From NCBI RefSeq assembly GCF_018350175.1, contig NC_058368.1:118918001-118982000 (forward strand): a DNA stretch of 64,000 bases, written 5' to 3'. A program made the translations under genes and the position numbers. This DNA is from Felis catus. Taxonomy: Eukaryota. The notes beneath the pieces were generated by a model, which worked only from the letters and a program-made list of their open reading frames with translations, was not told the origin of the DNA and did not search any database. This document shows, piece after piece, positions 23,506 to 37,562 of the stretch (the first letter of the stretch is position 1; each line of letters opens with the position of its first letter).

Positions 23506-25796
23506 AAAACAGTATGATCATCTCAATAGATGGAGAAAAGCATTTGACAAAATTCAGCATCCATTCATGATAAAAACTCAACAAACTGGGTAGAGAGGGA
23601 ACATACAATATAATAAGGGTCATATTTGACAAAGAGCTAACACCACACTCAACCATGAAAAGCTCAAAGTTTTCCCTCTAAGATCAGGAACAAGACAAGG
23701 AGGCCCACTCTCCCCACTTTTACTCAATATATCAACTGAACTCCTAGGTAGAGCAATTAGGCAAGAAAAAGAAAGAAATGGCATCCAAATGGAAAAGAAG
23801 TAAAACTGTCAATATTTGCAGGTGACATGATACCATATATAGACAACTCTAAAGACTCCACCAAAAACCTACCAGAACGTATTCAGTAAAGTCCCAGGAT
23901 ACAATATTAACATACAGAAATTGGTTGCATTTCTAAACACTAATAAGAAACTTTCAAAAAAGAATTTATGAAAACAACCCCATTTATAATTACATTAAAA
24001 AGAATAAAATACCTAGAAATAAATTTAACCAAGAAGGTGAAGTACATGTACCCTGAAAACTTTAAGACACTGATGAAAAAGTTGGAGATGACACAAATAA
24101 ATAAAACGATATATCATACTCCTGGAGTGAAGAATTAATATTGTCCATACTACCCAAAGCAATCTACACATTCAATGCAATCACCATCAAAATGTTAAGG
24201 TCATCTTTCACAGAACTAAAACAAAGAATCCTAAAATTTGTATGGAACCACAGAACATCCTGAATAGCATAAGCAACTTTAAGAAGAATAGGTAGAGGTA
24301 TAACAGTCCCAGATTCCAAAGTATACCACGGAAGTGTAGTAATCAAAACAGTGCTGGCACAAAAACAGACACATAGATCAATGGAACAGAACAGAGAGCC
24401 CAGAAATAAACTCACACAAATATGGCCAATCAATTTATGACAAAGGAAGCAAAAATATACAGTGGAGAAAAGATAGTTTCTTCAATAAATGGTGCTGGGA
24501 AAACAAGACAGCTGCATGAAATAAATAAAACTGCCCCACTATCTTACACCACATACAAAAATGAATTCCCAATGGATTAGACCTGAATGCAAGACCTGAA
24601 ACCATAAAAACCCTACAAGAAAACGCAGGCAATAAGCTCTCTGACAGTGGTCTTGGCAGTATTTTTTGGACCAGTCTCTACAGACAAGAGCCACAACAGC
24701 TAAAATAAACAAATGGGATTACATCAAACTCAAAAGCTTTTGCATGATGAAGGAAACTATCAACAAAACAAAAAGGCAACCTACTGAATGGGAAAAGATA
24801 CATGCAAATCACACATCTAACTATGGGTTAATATCTAAAATACATCAAGAACACACACACAATATTTTTTTAAAAACCTTACAATAAAATTGGCAGAGGA
24901 CTTAAACAGACATTTTTGTAAAGAAGATCTGTAGATGGCCAATAGGCACATGAAAAGATGTTCAACATCACTTGTCATCAGGGAAATACAAATTGAACCA
25001 CAATGGAATACCACCTCACACCTGCCAGACTGGCTATCCTCAAAAACCCAAAAAAATAACAAGGATGTAGAGAAGAGGGAACCATTGTACACTGGTGGTG
25101 GGAATGTAAATTAATAGAGCCACTGTGGAAGCCAGTATAGAGATTTCTTAAAAAACTGAACACAGAACTTGCATATGATCCAGCAATTCTACTCCTGGGG
25201 ATATATCTGAAGAAAACAAAGTCACCAGTTCAAAGAGATATATGCAGTGTAGCATTACTTATAATAGTTAAGATGTGGAAACAATTAAAGTGTGTATTGA
25301 TAGATGAATGAAGACAATGTGATATATATACACAATGGAATATTATTCAGCCATAAAAACTAATGAAATCTTGTCATTTGTGACAACAGTGATGGACCTA
25401 GAGGCTATTATACTAGGTGAAGTAAGTCAGACAGAAAAAGACAAATACCACATGATTTCATTAATATGTGGAATCCAAAAAACAAAACAAAAAGCAGAAA
25501 AAGATCCATAAATATAGAGAACTGATGGTTGCCAGAAGGGATGGGGTGGGGGATAGGCAGAATGGGGAAGAGGAATGGGAAATACAGGTTTCCAGTTATG
25601 GGATGAATAAATCACAGGGATGCAAGGGACAGCAAAGGGAATAAAATCAATAACATTATAATTTTTTATGGTGACAGTAACTAGACTTATGGGGGATTAC
25701 TTCACAATGCCTAAAAATACTAAATCAGTATGATGTACATGTGCAACTAATAGGATACTGTATGTCAACTATACCTCAAAAAAAAAAAAACAAAAA

Positions 25797-26005
25797 AATT
25801 TTTATTTACTTTTTAATTTTTTTAAATGTTTGTTTATTTTTTAGAGGGGGCAAGCAGAGAGAGAGGGAGACACAGAATCCAAAGCAGGCTCTAGGCTCTG
25901 AGCTGTCAACACAGAGCCCAACACGGAGCTCAAACTCATGAATAGCAAGATCATGACCTGAGCTGAAGTCAGATGCTTAACCAACTAAGCCACCCAGGTG
26001 CCCCC
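25797..26005 (-). mobile_element. CanSINE, tail-to-tail with the L1 polyA
   Basis: Ends aagccacccaggtgccccc. Confidence 0.93.
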
Positions 26006-26291
26006 AGAAAAAAATTTTAAAAGCATCCTGTAATCTTCACCTTGTAGATGAACTGAGGAAAGGTAATGTAGGTAGACACCATGAACTACAAATAAAGGAA
26101 TGCCATGCTTCCTTTCCTCCCTTTTTCTTTACCTCTTCCATTATTTTTTTTTTAAGTTTTCCATTATAGTAACTTAAGAATGGCATTTTTAACATTCAGT
26201 AAAAAAGAAAATTCTATGGCAATATATTAGTTGCCCTCGCTAATATATAACCTTATGATTTCATTGTCCTAAGTTGGTACTTCTATTCATC

Positions 26292-26391
26292 TTTTTTTTT
26301 TTTTAATTATTTATTTTGAGAGAGAGTGTGAGAGAGCTTGTGAGCATAGGCAGGGGAGGGGCAGAGAGAGAGACACAGAGAGAGAGACACA

Positions 26392-26438
<47 letters not shown>

Positions 26439-26563
26439 TCCTAAGCAGGCTCTACACTGTCAGCACAGGGCCCAACATGGGGCTTGAACCCCCAAATCAT
26501 GAGATCATGACCCGAGCTGAAACCAAGAGTAGGACGCTTAAGCGAATGAGCCACTGAGGCGCC
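26292..26563 (-). mobile_element. CanSINE with long (GA)-type microsatellite
   Basis: T tail, about 70 bp gaga/gaca repeat, ends gagccactgaggcgcc. Confidence 0.92.
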
Positions 26564-27417
26564 TCTGGTACTTCTCTTCCTCAAGAATCCTCTCATCTTT
26601 CCCCCATTCCTCACCATCCCATACACAGTTGTTAGACTTCCCAAACTAAAACTAGCTCTGAAATTTTGGTTAATAGTTAACCGAAAAACCTGAGGTAAAC
26701 AAGAAAAAAAACTTAAGCAGATATTTTCTTGAACAAATATCTGTTCAAGCCAAATGAACAGTTCTTTCATCCAAAAACAGTTAAGTTAAGATGTCTCAAT
26801 CTTTAGGTTATTACATGCTACTGAACAGGACATTTATTTTCACTGAAGTATGTTAGGACTTGACTAAACGGGGCTCCAAGAAAATGAAGGTAGGTATCTC
26901 TTCTCTTCACATCCTCTTTGACCATTCCCCATACCAGCTCTTCCCATTCCCCGCCCCAGTAAACAAAACATGTACGTAACTGTTGTTTTGCTCTTTCCTC
27001 TTTATTCATCCTTTGAAATGTTTTGCTGCCATTCCCCAAAAGCCATTATTATTTAACATTTACTATACAGAGAACTCTCCACCACAGATGTTTTTCTTAA
27101 TCACATTCAGTAAGACCCACGTTAGCTCAGCAGTGTACAGGGCCCAAGAGGATACTAGAAAGAAACAAAGGTCTGGGGACATCAACATTAACAGCAAGTA
27201 TGCCAAACAAGTTAATGATTTAGTTCTGAAGGGGAAGAGCCTTAATGTCACTTTGATCACGAGTCATGAATATGATACCTTGGCCATTATAACCATCTAA
27301 TATCAGACACCAGGAATTTACCATGTAAATAAATGTTGGCAAAGAATTCCAAACACAAGAGCCTCCTAACAGTTTTCTTTGCCTGAAGTTTTAATCTGCT
27401 CTAATGAATGTCTTCTA

Positions 27418-27678
27418 GCAGTTTTCAAGCCCTTAGCAGCAAAATCCTTTCCTTTATGAGATTAAAGCTTATGCAGAACCCTCCAATACATTAAAAAGAT
27501 AAAGGGTTATTATACTGGGAAAGCGTACCTTTTAAACACATACTTACAATATTAATTTTGTATAGGAAGCCATCAGTGAGATCCGTAAAGTTTTGATGAA
27601 ATCAGTGAAACTGAAATTGGAAATGTCAAGCGTAACATCAAACTTCGTATTTTACACCGAGTTTGGAAACCACTGCCC
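27418..27678. mobile_element. Degraded hAT-Charlie-type element
   Basis: cagttttcaagccc...cagcaaaatcctttc start and gagtttggaaaccactg end resemble Charlie/MER TIRs. Confidence 0.45.
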
Positions 27679-28299
27679 TAAACCCTCACTTTATCCCCAT
27701 TATCAGCCCCAAGCCCCGTTTGCAAACTTTCATCAAACTTCTGATAAAAACCAAGCCCAAAGGTTAACAAGGCCCACCTAAAACTCAACTACAACATTAT
27801 CCCTCACCAATTTCTTGCAGGAACTGTCTTCCTGTCAGTATGTTTTCTCAGTGTCCCTCAATACACCAACTTCATTCATTCATTCATTAACAAATATGTT
27901 CTGTGTACCTTTAATGGGCTCTACAATTTTGCTCATTCTGCCCTTCACTGCCTTAGAATCTTCCTCAACCATCCTCAACAAAAGCTTTCTCCTCTTCTTT
28001 CTAAAATACTCAATGATTCCTGCCACTCAGAAATCCTGAAGTCACTGTCTTTAATGAGGAATAGGCCACATGGTACACAGTCACGACCACTAAGGGAGAA
28101 ATGTAGTAAAATACACAATTGTTTCCTCAGTTTGGATTTTTAAAAACCAAGCTATTATTTCTACTGAAGAAAGTAAAACTCATTTCTGGCCTTCAAAACT
28201 AAAGACTTTAGTCTTATGTATTTTATAGAAAAAGAATAAATGAGCACACACAATTTAAGTTGTATTTGTGGTTTCAGTTTTTCCTGTTTAATCATTAAA

Positions 28300-28510
28300 A
28301 ATTTAATTTTTTTAATGTTTATTTTATTATTGAGAAACGGAGAGAGAGCATAAGCTGGGCAGAGAGAAGAAGGGACACAGAATCCAAAGCAGGCTCCAGG
28401 CTCTGAGCTGTCAGCACAGTGCCCGACACAGTGCTCGAACTCACAAACCATGAAATCATGACCTGAGCCGAAGTTGGACACTTAACCAGCTGAGCCACCC
28501 AGGTGCCCCC
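28300..28510 (-). mobile_element. CanSINE
   Basis: Ends gagccacccaggtgccccc. Confidence 0.94.
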
Positions 28511-31500
28511 AAAATTAAAAACTTAAAGGCACAGTTTGGCATACAGAAAAGTTCCCAGGTTGGCGTTGGGGGGGGGGGGAGAGAGGGGGAGGCACATTTT
28601 TCACATACATGATTAAAGAATAATCATCTCAAGTGTTTTTCACAGCATATTTGACCAGAATTTTGAAACATACTAAATGCATGAATTCTGATCTCTACCA
28701 CTATCTATAAACTTAGTAAAACTACTTCTATTGGCTTGTATATGATTCAGTTTTGAGAGATGTTTAAGTTCTTTCTTTGCAACATTATGTACCTTCAAGC
28801 TTTAAAAAAAAAAAATTCACAAGTGAGCCTGTGATATGTTTCAGAAAGGACTTGAGTCAGCTTTAAGAGATATACAAAATTCAAGATGGTAATTTAAAAG
28901 AGGAAGAAATTTTCAAACTTCTCAATTACACTACTATAGGAATACATTACTAGATCACTGTGATTTGCAAGCACAAAATATTTGAGATATCCTCAGACTT
29001 TCACCTTTCTTTACTGATTAACTTAAGCCGAGTCTACAGTTATCAACTACTACATAAAAGGAACAACGTCAATATAAGAATAAAGTAATATGGATGTTTC
29101 ATCACAATGATGCCAAAATTGGTACTAGGCTTTGCCTTACCTATAACATTTAATGAAACATTAATGACACTGCTCCACCTACTGACGTTTCTATGGTTTC
29201 TGTTATCTTATTAAAGGACTCCTGTAAAGCAACTGATAAATAGTAAGCAGAGCGACTTCCAAGTTAGATACGTGTAAGTGCACAGCCTAGCTCCATTCTA
29301 AATTGTCTCCACTCTAAGCTGACAGCTACTGCTGTAGGGAATCCTTTAACGTTTTGTCAGAATCTATCCACTGAGAAAAAGAAGTCAACAAAGCACACCA
29401 AAGTTACAACATACTGAACACAATTTAAACTGAAAGAAAATATTCCACGGGAGGAGGAATGGGAATGAGGAAAAATAATCATGTTGCACGCTTGTGCACT
29501 GAGCAGACTTACAGCAACTGGAGAGTGTACTGGGTATTAGTTTGAAAAGAATTCAAGGTCATTTTTCTAAACTTAGGCAATTTCCTTTTTGACTGTTAGA
29601 TTAAGCTAGTTTTAATTACTGTAAGTAGGAAGCACTGCTGAACGACAGAGGACAAAATAGAGAGCAGCAAGACAGGAATTAACTTCAGTGGATTAAAACC
29701 TTGCTCTGGATTACAGCATAACTAAAAAGTGTTACATTTTAATAGCTTTATAGAAGGAAAGGAAGTGAAAGATAGGTTAATTAGCAAAACTTTTCTATGA
29801 ATTATTTCCTACACAATGGAGAGTCTTGATTCAATGATAAATGTAGGCATTCCCTACCGCTATAAATGACACATTCTTAAAATCACTTGTGACAAGCTTA
29901 CAAGGAGAGTGGGGGAATGTTCTATTCCAAGAAGAGTTAAAATACATTACAGAATCCTTCTGTGTATTTCATGCTGAAGACACAATATTTGGTGATGCAC
30001 TTCTATACTTCACAGATGTTCTATGATCTTTTCCCCCTTTGTTACTGGACAAACATTCCACCTGATTAAGTGTATGGGAGCACAAAGGTGAAACCAAAGA
30101 TTGACTGTTTGGTGCATACTCATAATTTGTACTGCTGTCCTAACTGTATTAAATATAGGAACCCAACATTAATTTTTCTATTTCCAATGAATTTCTCTAA
30201 AAACCATATAAATGCAATAAAATATAACAAGTAGCATTTGAATTAATTTTTTCAACCCCAGAATGCTTTCTTCATAGAAAAGCATCGCTGGAAATGTGGT
30301 ATATAGTTAAGAGCTGGATAGAGTTCTCTGTGCTTAACTCCACCTCTCCAGGTTACACTAAAGTTCCCAGTAGCTCTTCAGAGTCATCTGAAAACCACTG
30401 TAATAAAATCATCACTTGCTCAAATGCCACCGTCCAGATAAAGATGCATACTACCGAAGCTGTTGGCTGGCAAGTAGTACCATACAGTGACTTGAAATGT
30501 TTGTCAGCTGCTGTAAGAAATTTCTAGATTTACTATGAAAAGTGTTTTTGTGGATAGCACATCAATATATGCTTTTCACACAATCACAACTTCGTTACCA
30601 AGAAACTCATTTGTTCCGAAGTTGAACTTCTGACAGTTCAAGACCACCTGTACGTTAGACAGTATGGTAAGACTCAACAGATTCTGAAGTTAAACAAACA
30701 GTCAAACAGTCTGCCAAAGCTCTAGTACTGGGTTTTAGCCAATATGAATTCATTTTCCAAACTAAAGGGCCATAATAGTATTTTTCATTATTCAGAAGTG
30801 GAGAGACTTTGGAAAGAAAACATTTGGGTTTTATAAAAAGTGCTTTTAATATAAGAGAGTAAAGTCAGCAAAAATGGTGGAGTAAGGAACTCCAGATTCC
30901 ACCCTTCCATAAGAGCAAAGCAAAAGGCAAAAACTGTCAGAATCAACTTTTTTGGAACTCTGCAAATCAACCAAAGGCTTGCAGCAACCCACAGAGTGCT
31001 TATTCCATCTAAGACCCCCTCCATTGGCCCCCAATACATACACTGATTCTTGGTAAGAACAGTGAACTTTGTGGTGTTTTAAGTAACTTAGTCGTAACCC
31101 CTACTCCCCAGGCTCAGCAGTAGCTATTAAACTAAGAGCCCACATTCCTGGTACCAGAGGTAGCAGAATGAAACTCACCTGCAAGGAATTATAATTAACT
31201 ATTTGTCTCTAGAAGACCAACTCAAGAAGAGCGTCTTGATTTTGCCTAACTCAGAACTGGCCTAGTGTCAAAGTGCTATACTTTTGGGGTGGGGTGGGGG
31301 TAATTTTGTTAAAAGCATTCATGATAATATCTTAGTTTGCTGCTGCCTGAGGTGATGGACAGAGGTACAGTTGGGGACAAACAAGAGACTAACCAAAAAG
31401 CTTAGGAGGAAAGACTGGAGCTTTGAAAAGGTCTCACATGTTCCTGGGAATCTAGAAGGCCATAAGCTGAGTAGCACTGAGTATGTGCTCTGGAAAGATC

Positions 31501-32342
31501 TAAGAAGTCACTAGGCTTTCAACTCGTGTTGACCCTGAGGTTCTATTCGAGCTGAAGGTAAAGGCTTAGGCAGAGTTGCAAACTGCAGGGATGAGAATTA
31601 AAGACCTGTCCTAACACACAATGAGCCCCTGAGCAAAGACTGTGAAGATATTCTGGCTTCCCGATATTTAATAAAACCTCTTTGTAACCATCAGCTGACC
31701 ACTAAGCCAATGGAACAGAGCCTTCGGGATCCACACGGACAATGAATACAAACTTTACAGAATTACTTCAGGAAAGTCACACAACAAAACAAACAACATT
31801 CTATAACAGACGACAACAAACACTTCAGAGAGGGGAGAAAATCTGATTTCCAGAGTTGTTACATTATAATATTCAAAATGCCCAGTTTTCAACAAAATAT
31901 TTGTAAGACACGCAAAGAAGTAAAAAAGCATGGCACATGCACCGGGAAAAAAAAAAAGCTGCTGGAGGAAGCCCAGATATTGTACTTTCTGGATAGACTT
32001 AAAATCAGGTATTTTAACGTGCTCAGCGATGTAAACAATGTCTTAAGAATTATAGGAAAGTTAAAAATAAAGTCTCATTTATTTGAGATTAATAGAAATA
32101 TATTCTAAAACTAAACTAAAAAATTTTGGTGGAAAAGTACAATAACTTAAATGAAAAATTCACTTGAGAGAATTAACAGCAGAGGTGAGCAGGCAAAAAA
32201 AATCAGCAAATGTGAATATAGGTTAATTGAGATTATCCAGGCTACAGAATTCAAAGAAAAAAAAAAAAGAAAAACCCAGAGTATCGGAGACCTATGGAAC
32301 ACCATCAAATATACCAACATATGCATAATGGGAGTCACATAA

Positions 32343-32377
<35 letters not shown>

Positions 32378-32578
32378 GGGCAGCAAGAATATGTCAACAA
32401 ATAATGGTCAAGAATATGCCCAATTTCATGCAAAACATCCAAGAAACCCAACACATCCCAATGGGAGAGATTAAAAAAATTCCAGACCTAGATACCATAA
32501 TCAATCTAGTCAAAGATGGAGAGAGAGAATCTTGAAAGCAGCAAAACAGAAGCAACTCCTTATGTACAGGTGATTCTT

Positions 32579-32794
32579 TTTTTTTTTTATTTTTTATTTA
32601 TTTATTTTTGGGACAGGGAGAGACAGAGCATGAACGGGGGAGGGGCAGAGAGAGAGGGAGACACAGAATCGGAAACAGGCTCCAGGCTCTGAGCCATCAG
32701 CCCAGAGCCCGACACGGGGCTCGAACTCCCGGACCGCGAGATCGTGACCTGGCTCAAGTCGGACACTTAACCGACTGCGCCACCCAGGCGCCCC
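32579..32794 (-). mobile_element. Young felid SINEC_Fc
   Basis: Perfect 17-bp TSD atgtacaggtgattctt (32562-32578, 32795-32811); many retained CpGs. Confidence 0.98.
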
Positions 32795-33797
32795 ATGTAC
32801 AGGTGATTCTTAATAAGACTAATACATTCCTCATCAGAAATTATGAGGGACAGGCCAGAATACAGTAGAATGAAACATTCAAAGTGCCTAAAAAATTAAA
32901 TGTCAACCAAGAATTCTCTCTCTGGCAACACAATCCTTTAAAAATGAAGCGAAAATTAATGCATTCCCAGAAAACAAAAACTGAGGTAGTTCATCATTAG
33001 GAGACTTACCCTTCAACACAACCTAAGAGGAGTCCTTCAGGCTGAAATAAGATGACACTCGACAGTAACTCAACTTCACATGAAGAAATAAAGAACACCA
33101 GGAAAGGCCACTCACTACTTAAGTAAATGCAGGAGACAGTATAAATATATCTTTTGTTTTCAACTCCTTTTTCCCCCTATGTGGTTCAAAAGACAATTGC
33201 ATAAGTAATAATTATAAATCTAGGTGGATAGGCACACAGTGTATAAAGAGGAAATCTATAACAATAAGAGCGTAAAAGGGAGGGAGCAGAGATGTATAGG
33301 AACATTTCTGCATACTACTGAAATTATACTGGTATTAACCCAAACTAAAGTATCCTTATTAAGAGGTTAATGTAATCTCCAGGGCAAACAGTAAGAAGTA
33401 ATTCAAAAAATACAGTAAAAAAAAAAAAAAAAAAAAAAAAGGAATTATAATTGTCATATAAACACTATTTAATACAAAAGAAAGGAGTAATGGAGTAATT
33501 TAGGAACAACAAAGACACAACATCAAGAAAACATACAGCAAAATGTCACAAGTCCTCCTTATTAATAATTACAGATCAATGGATTAAACTCTCCAGTTAA
33601 TAGGCAGAAACTGGGAGAACAGATTTTAAAAAAGAAGAAGAAAACATGGTCAAACTATATGTTCTTTAGAGATATTTACCCTGGATTTAGACACAAATAG
33701 ACTGAAAGTAAAATGATGGAAAAAGATATTCCATGCAAACAGTACACAAAAGAAAGCTAGAGGAGCTAAACTAATAACAGATATAACAGACAACACA

Positions 33798-34010
33798 AGG
33801 ATCACGTGGGTAGCTGAGTTGGGTGGGTAGCTGAGTTGGTTAAGTGTCCAACTCTTGATTTTGGTTTAGGTCATGATCTCATGTTCGTCAGATCCAGTCC
33901 TGCATTGGGGTCCACACTGGGCATGGAGCCTGCTTAAGATTCTCTATCTCCCTCTCCCTCCACCCCTCCCCAGCTCATGTACATTCTCTTTCTCTAAGAA
34001 AAAAAAAAAA
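33798..34010 (+). mobile_element. Older CanSINE with duplicated head (gtgggtagctgagttgg x2)
   Basis: TSD agacaacacaa on both sides. Confidence 0.9.
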
Positions 34011-37000
34011 GACAACACAAAAATCATTCCGAGACACAAAAAGGACACTATAATATAATGATAAATGTGTGACTATGAGATATAAACATATACGGAACTA
34101 ATAGCAAAGCCCCAAACTATATGAGGTAAAAACTAAGAGAATTAAAAGAAAAAAATAAATAACATTAGTTGGAGACTTTAATACTCCATTTTCAGTAAGA
34201 GAGCTAGATAGAAAATCAGCAAGGAAATAGAAAACTTGAACCATATACCAATTGGATCTAAGACATATCTATCAAACACTTTGCCTAACAAAATAAGAAT
34301 ACTCATTCCTCTCAATTGCATGTGGAAACTGTCTACAATAGACACTATATTAGGCCACAAAACAAATCAAATAAAATTTAAAAGGCTAAACTCATATAAA
34401 GTGTGTGTTCTCTTGACAAAATGGAATGAAGTTAGAAATAGTAACAGAAAAAGATTTGGAAAATTTACAAACACACAGAAATTAACACACTCTCAAATAA
34501 CGAATAGATTAAAGGAAAAAAAAATCATAGGGAAATTAGTAAATACCTTGAGACAAATGAAAAGAAAATTACCATACACCAAAAGTTATGGGATGCAGTG
34601 AAAGCAGGGGTAAGAGGGAAATTTGTAACTATAGATGTCTACTTACCTTCTAAGGAACAAAAAAATCTCAAATCAGTAACTTTATTTTTCACCTTAGAAA
34701 ACTAGATGAAGAGCAAGCCAAATCCAAAGCAAGTAAGAAAATAATACAGATTAGAGGGAAATAAATGAAATAAAATAGATAAAAGAGAAACAATAGAGAA
34801 GACTGACAAAATCCAAAGTGACTTTATTAAAAATTAACATAACTTTAGGTAGATTGACAAAGGAAAAAAAAAAAAAAGATAGAGGACTTAATTTACCAAA
34901 ATCAGAAATGAAAAAGGGAACATTACTACTGATCTTGTAGTAGTAAAAAGGATTATAAAGAAATAGAATGAATAAATGTGTGCCAAGCAATTACATAACA
35001 TAGATGCAATGGACACATTACTAGAAATACATAAACTACCAAAGCTGTCTCCAAAAAAATTGAAAAAATTAAGAGACCTATAACAAGTAAAGACAATGAA
35101 TTTAGTAATCAAAACCATTCCAACAAAGCTCAAATGGCTTAGCTTGTGAATTCTACCAAATATTTAAAGAAGAATTAATAATAATCCTTTACAAACTCTT
35201 CCAAAAAATAGAGGAGAGGAGGGAACACTAACACTTTCTAGCTCAGTCTGAGGCACTGTTATTCTGTTATCAAAGCCAGACAAAGGTATCACAGTGAAAC
35301 TAATGACCAAAATATCTTATGAGGATAAATGCAAAAATCCTCAACAGAATACTGGCAAACTGAATCTTAAAAGTACACAAAAATGATTATAAACCATGAG
35401 AAAGTGAGATTAACCCTAGGAATACAAGGTTGGTTCAATGTACGAAAATCATTTAATTTACCAATAGATTCAAAGACAAATCCATGATCATCTCAACAAA
35501 TGCAGAAAAAGCATTTGGCAAAATCCAACACGATTTCATGATAAGAACACTCAACCAATAAGGAAAAGGATATTTCAATCCGATAAAGGACATCTGTGAA
35601 AAAACCAAAGCTAACAACATATGTAAACTGAAAGTATATCCCCCCAAGATCAGGGCCAATACAAGTAGGCTTCATTACTCTCACCACTGTATTCAGCATT
35701 ATAGTGGGGGTTCTAGCTGAGGCAATTAGGTAACAGAAGTTAAAAAACAAAACAAAAAACAACAATCCAGATTGAAAAGAAGAAAGTAAAACTACCTCCA
35801 TTTGCAGAAGACAAGATCTTATATATGGAAAATCCTATAGCATCTACCAAAAAAACCTATTAGAGCTAATAAATGAGTTTAGCAGTTTAAGGATACAAAG
35901 TAAACACACAAAACTCAGGTGCAAAAAAAATCAGTTGCATTACTGTGGAGGAACAATGAACCATCTGAAAACGAAATTAAGAAAACAATTTTTTAATAGC
36001 TTCAAAAAGAATAAAACTTCTTAAAATAAATGTTTGTTTAGGAATAAATTTAGCCAGAGAAGTATAAAACTTGTACTCTGAAAATAATAAAACTACACTG
36101 CCGAATAAAATTAAAGATGTACACAGATGGAAAGAAATCCTGTGTTCACAGACTGAAATACTTAATATAGTTAAAGACTGCAATACTCCCCAAACTGATC
36201 TATAGATTGAATGCAATCTCTATCAGAATTCCAAGTGCCATTTCCCCAGAAAAAGAAAAGTTGAACCTAACATTTATATGGATTTGCCAGAAACACAGAA
36301 TAGCCAAAATGATTCTGAAAAAAGAACACAGCTGGAGGACTGACATTTCCCAATTTCAAAATGTAGAACGAAAGTACAGGAATCAAAGGAGTGTGGTACT
36401 GGCTTAAGTTAAACATATACACCAGTGGAACGGAATTGAGAGTCCAGAAATAAACTCATACGTTATGGTCAACTAATTTCAGAGAAGGTATTGAAATCAT
36501 TCAATGAAAATAGAAGTCTTTTCCACAAATGGTGCTGAGATAACCAGCTCTACACAAGCAAAATAATAAAGTTTGACCTTTGCCTCTCACCACATACAAA
36601 AATGAACTCAAAATGGATCAAAAAACAAGTGTAAGAGCTAAAACTTAAAAAATTTTAGATGGAAAGTAAGTGAAAACTGGTGACACCGGATGAGACAACC
36701 TTTTTTCCCTTAAAGATACAATACCAAAAGTACAAGTAATCAGAAAAGAAAAAGATAAATTGGACTTCATTAAAAATAAAAACCTTGGAGTCAAATAACA
36801 CTCTCAAGAAAGTGAAAAGACAACCCTTAGAATGGAAGAAAACATCTGTAAATCTTATCTGGTAAGGTTAGAAAAACCCAGCCCAATTAAAAAACGAGCA
36901 AAGGATTTGAAAAGACATTTCTCCAAAGATAAGCCAACGACCAAGAAGCACATGAAAAGATGCTCATTATTATTAGTCACTTGGAAAATGCAAATCATAT

Positions 37001-37474
37001 CCACACGGAGATATCCACACTCATTCAGACGGCTATTACAAAAAGAAAGATAACATCAAGTATTGGCAAGGACATGGAGACAATGAAATTCTCACACATG
37101 GCTGGCGGGACTGAAAAATGGTACAACCACTATGTAAAACAGTTTGGCAGTTACTCAAAAGGTTAAATGTATGGTTACCATTTGACCCAGCAGTTTCCCT
37201 CCTAGGTATATCCACAGAAACACCGGTATATGCATGTTCATAACAGCATCATTCATAATAGCCAGGGAGCGGCAACAAGCTAAATACCCAACAGCTGATA
37301 CGTGGATTAAAAAAATGTGGTGTATTTATACAATGGGATATCTATCATTCAGTCATAAAAAGGAATGAGATATGGTTAAATCAGACAACACAGATGAACC
37401 TTTAAAACATGTTTACTGAAAGAAAATTCCAGAATAAATGAATCCATAGAGACAGAAAGATGAATGATTGCCAA

Positions 37475-37562
37475 GGATGCTACCTCCTACAATGGAGCCG
37501 AACCTCCCAGGATTACTGAGTTCAAAATGTCAATGGTGCTGAGGTTGAAAATCTCTGTTCTA
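37475..37562. mobile_element. MER20-like fragment
   Basis: caaaatgtcaatggtgctgaggttgaaaatctctg matches the recalled MER20 terminus. Confidence 0.7.

Larger units (their letters stand above)
22908..25790 (+). mobile_element. 5'-truncated L1 (RT region to polyA), decayed, with two nested SINEs
   Basis: aagtgggatatattccagggatgcagg; tttgcaggtgacatgata (FADD-like motif); KINKWDYIKLKSFC ORF remnant; A tail at about 25778. Confidence 0.93.
30855..37475 (+). mobile_element. Near-full-length ancient L1 (L1MB-like), both ORFs destroyed, two nested SINEs
   Basis: 5'UTR aaaatggtggagtaaggaactcc...aactgtcagaatcaacttttt. ORF1 remnants (MKNSLERINSR...DLWNTIKYTNICIMGV). Endonuclease (ttagttggagactttaatactcca) and RT (tttgcagaagacaagatc) regions. 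3'UTR aatccatagagacagaaag. Confidence 0.9.
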
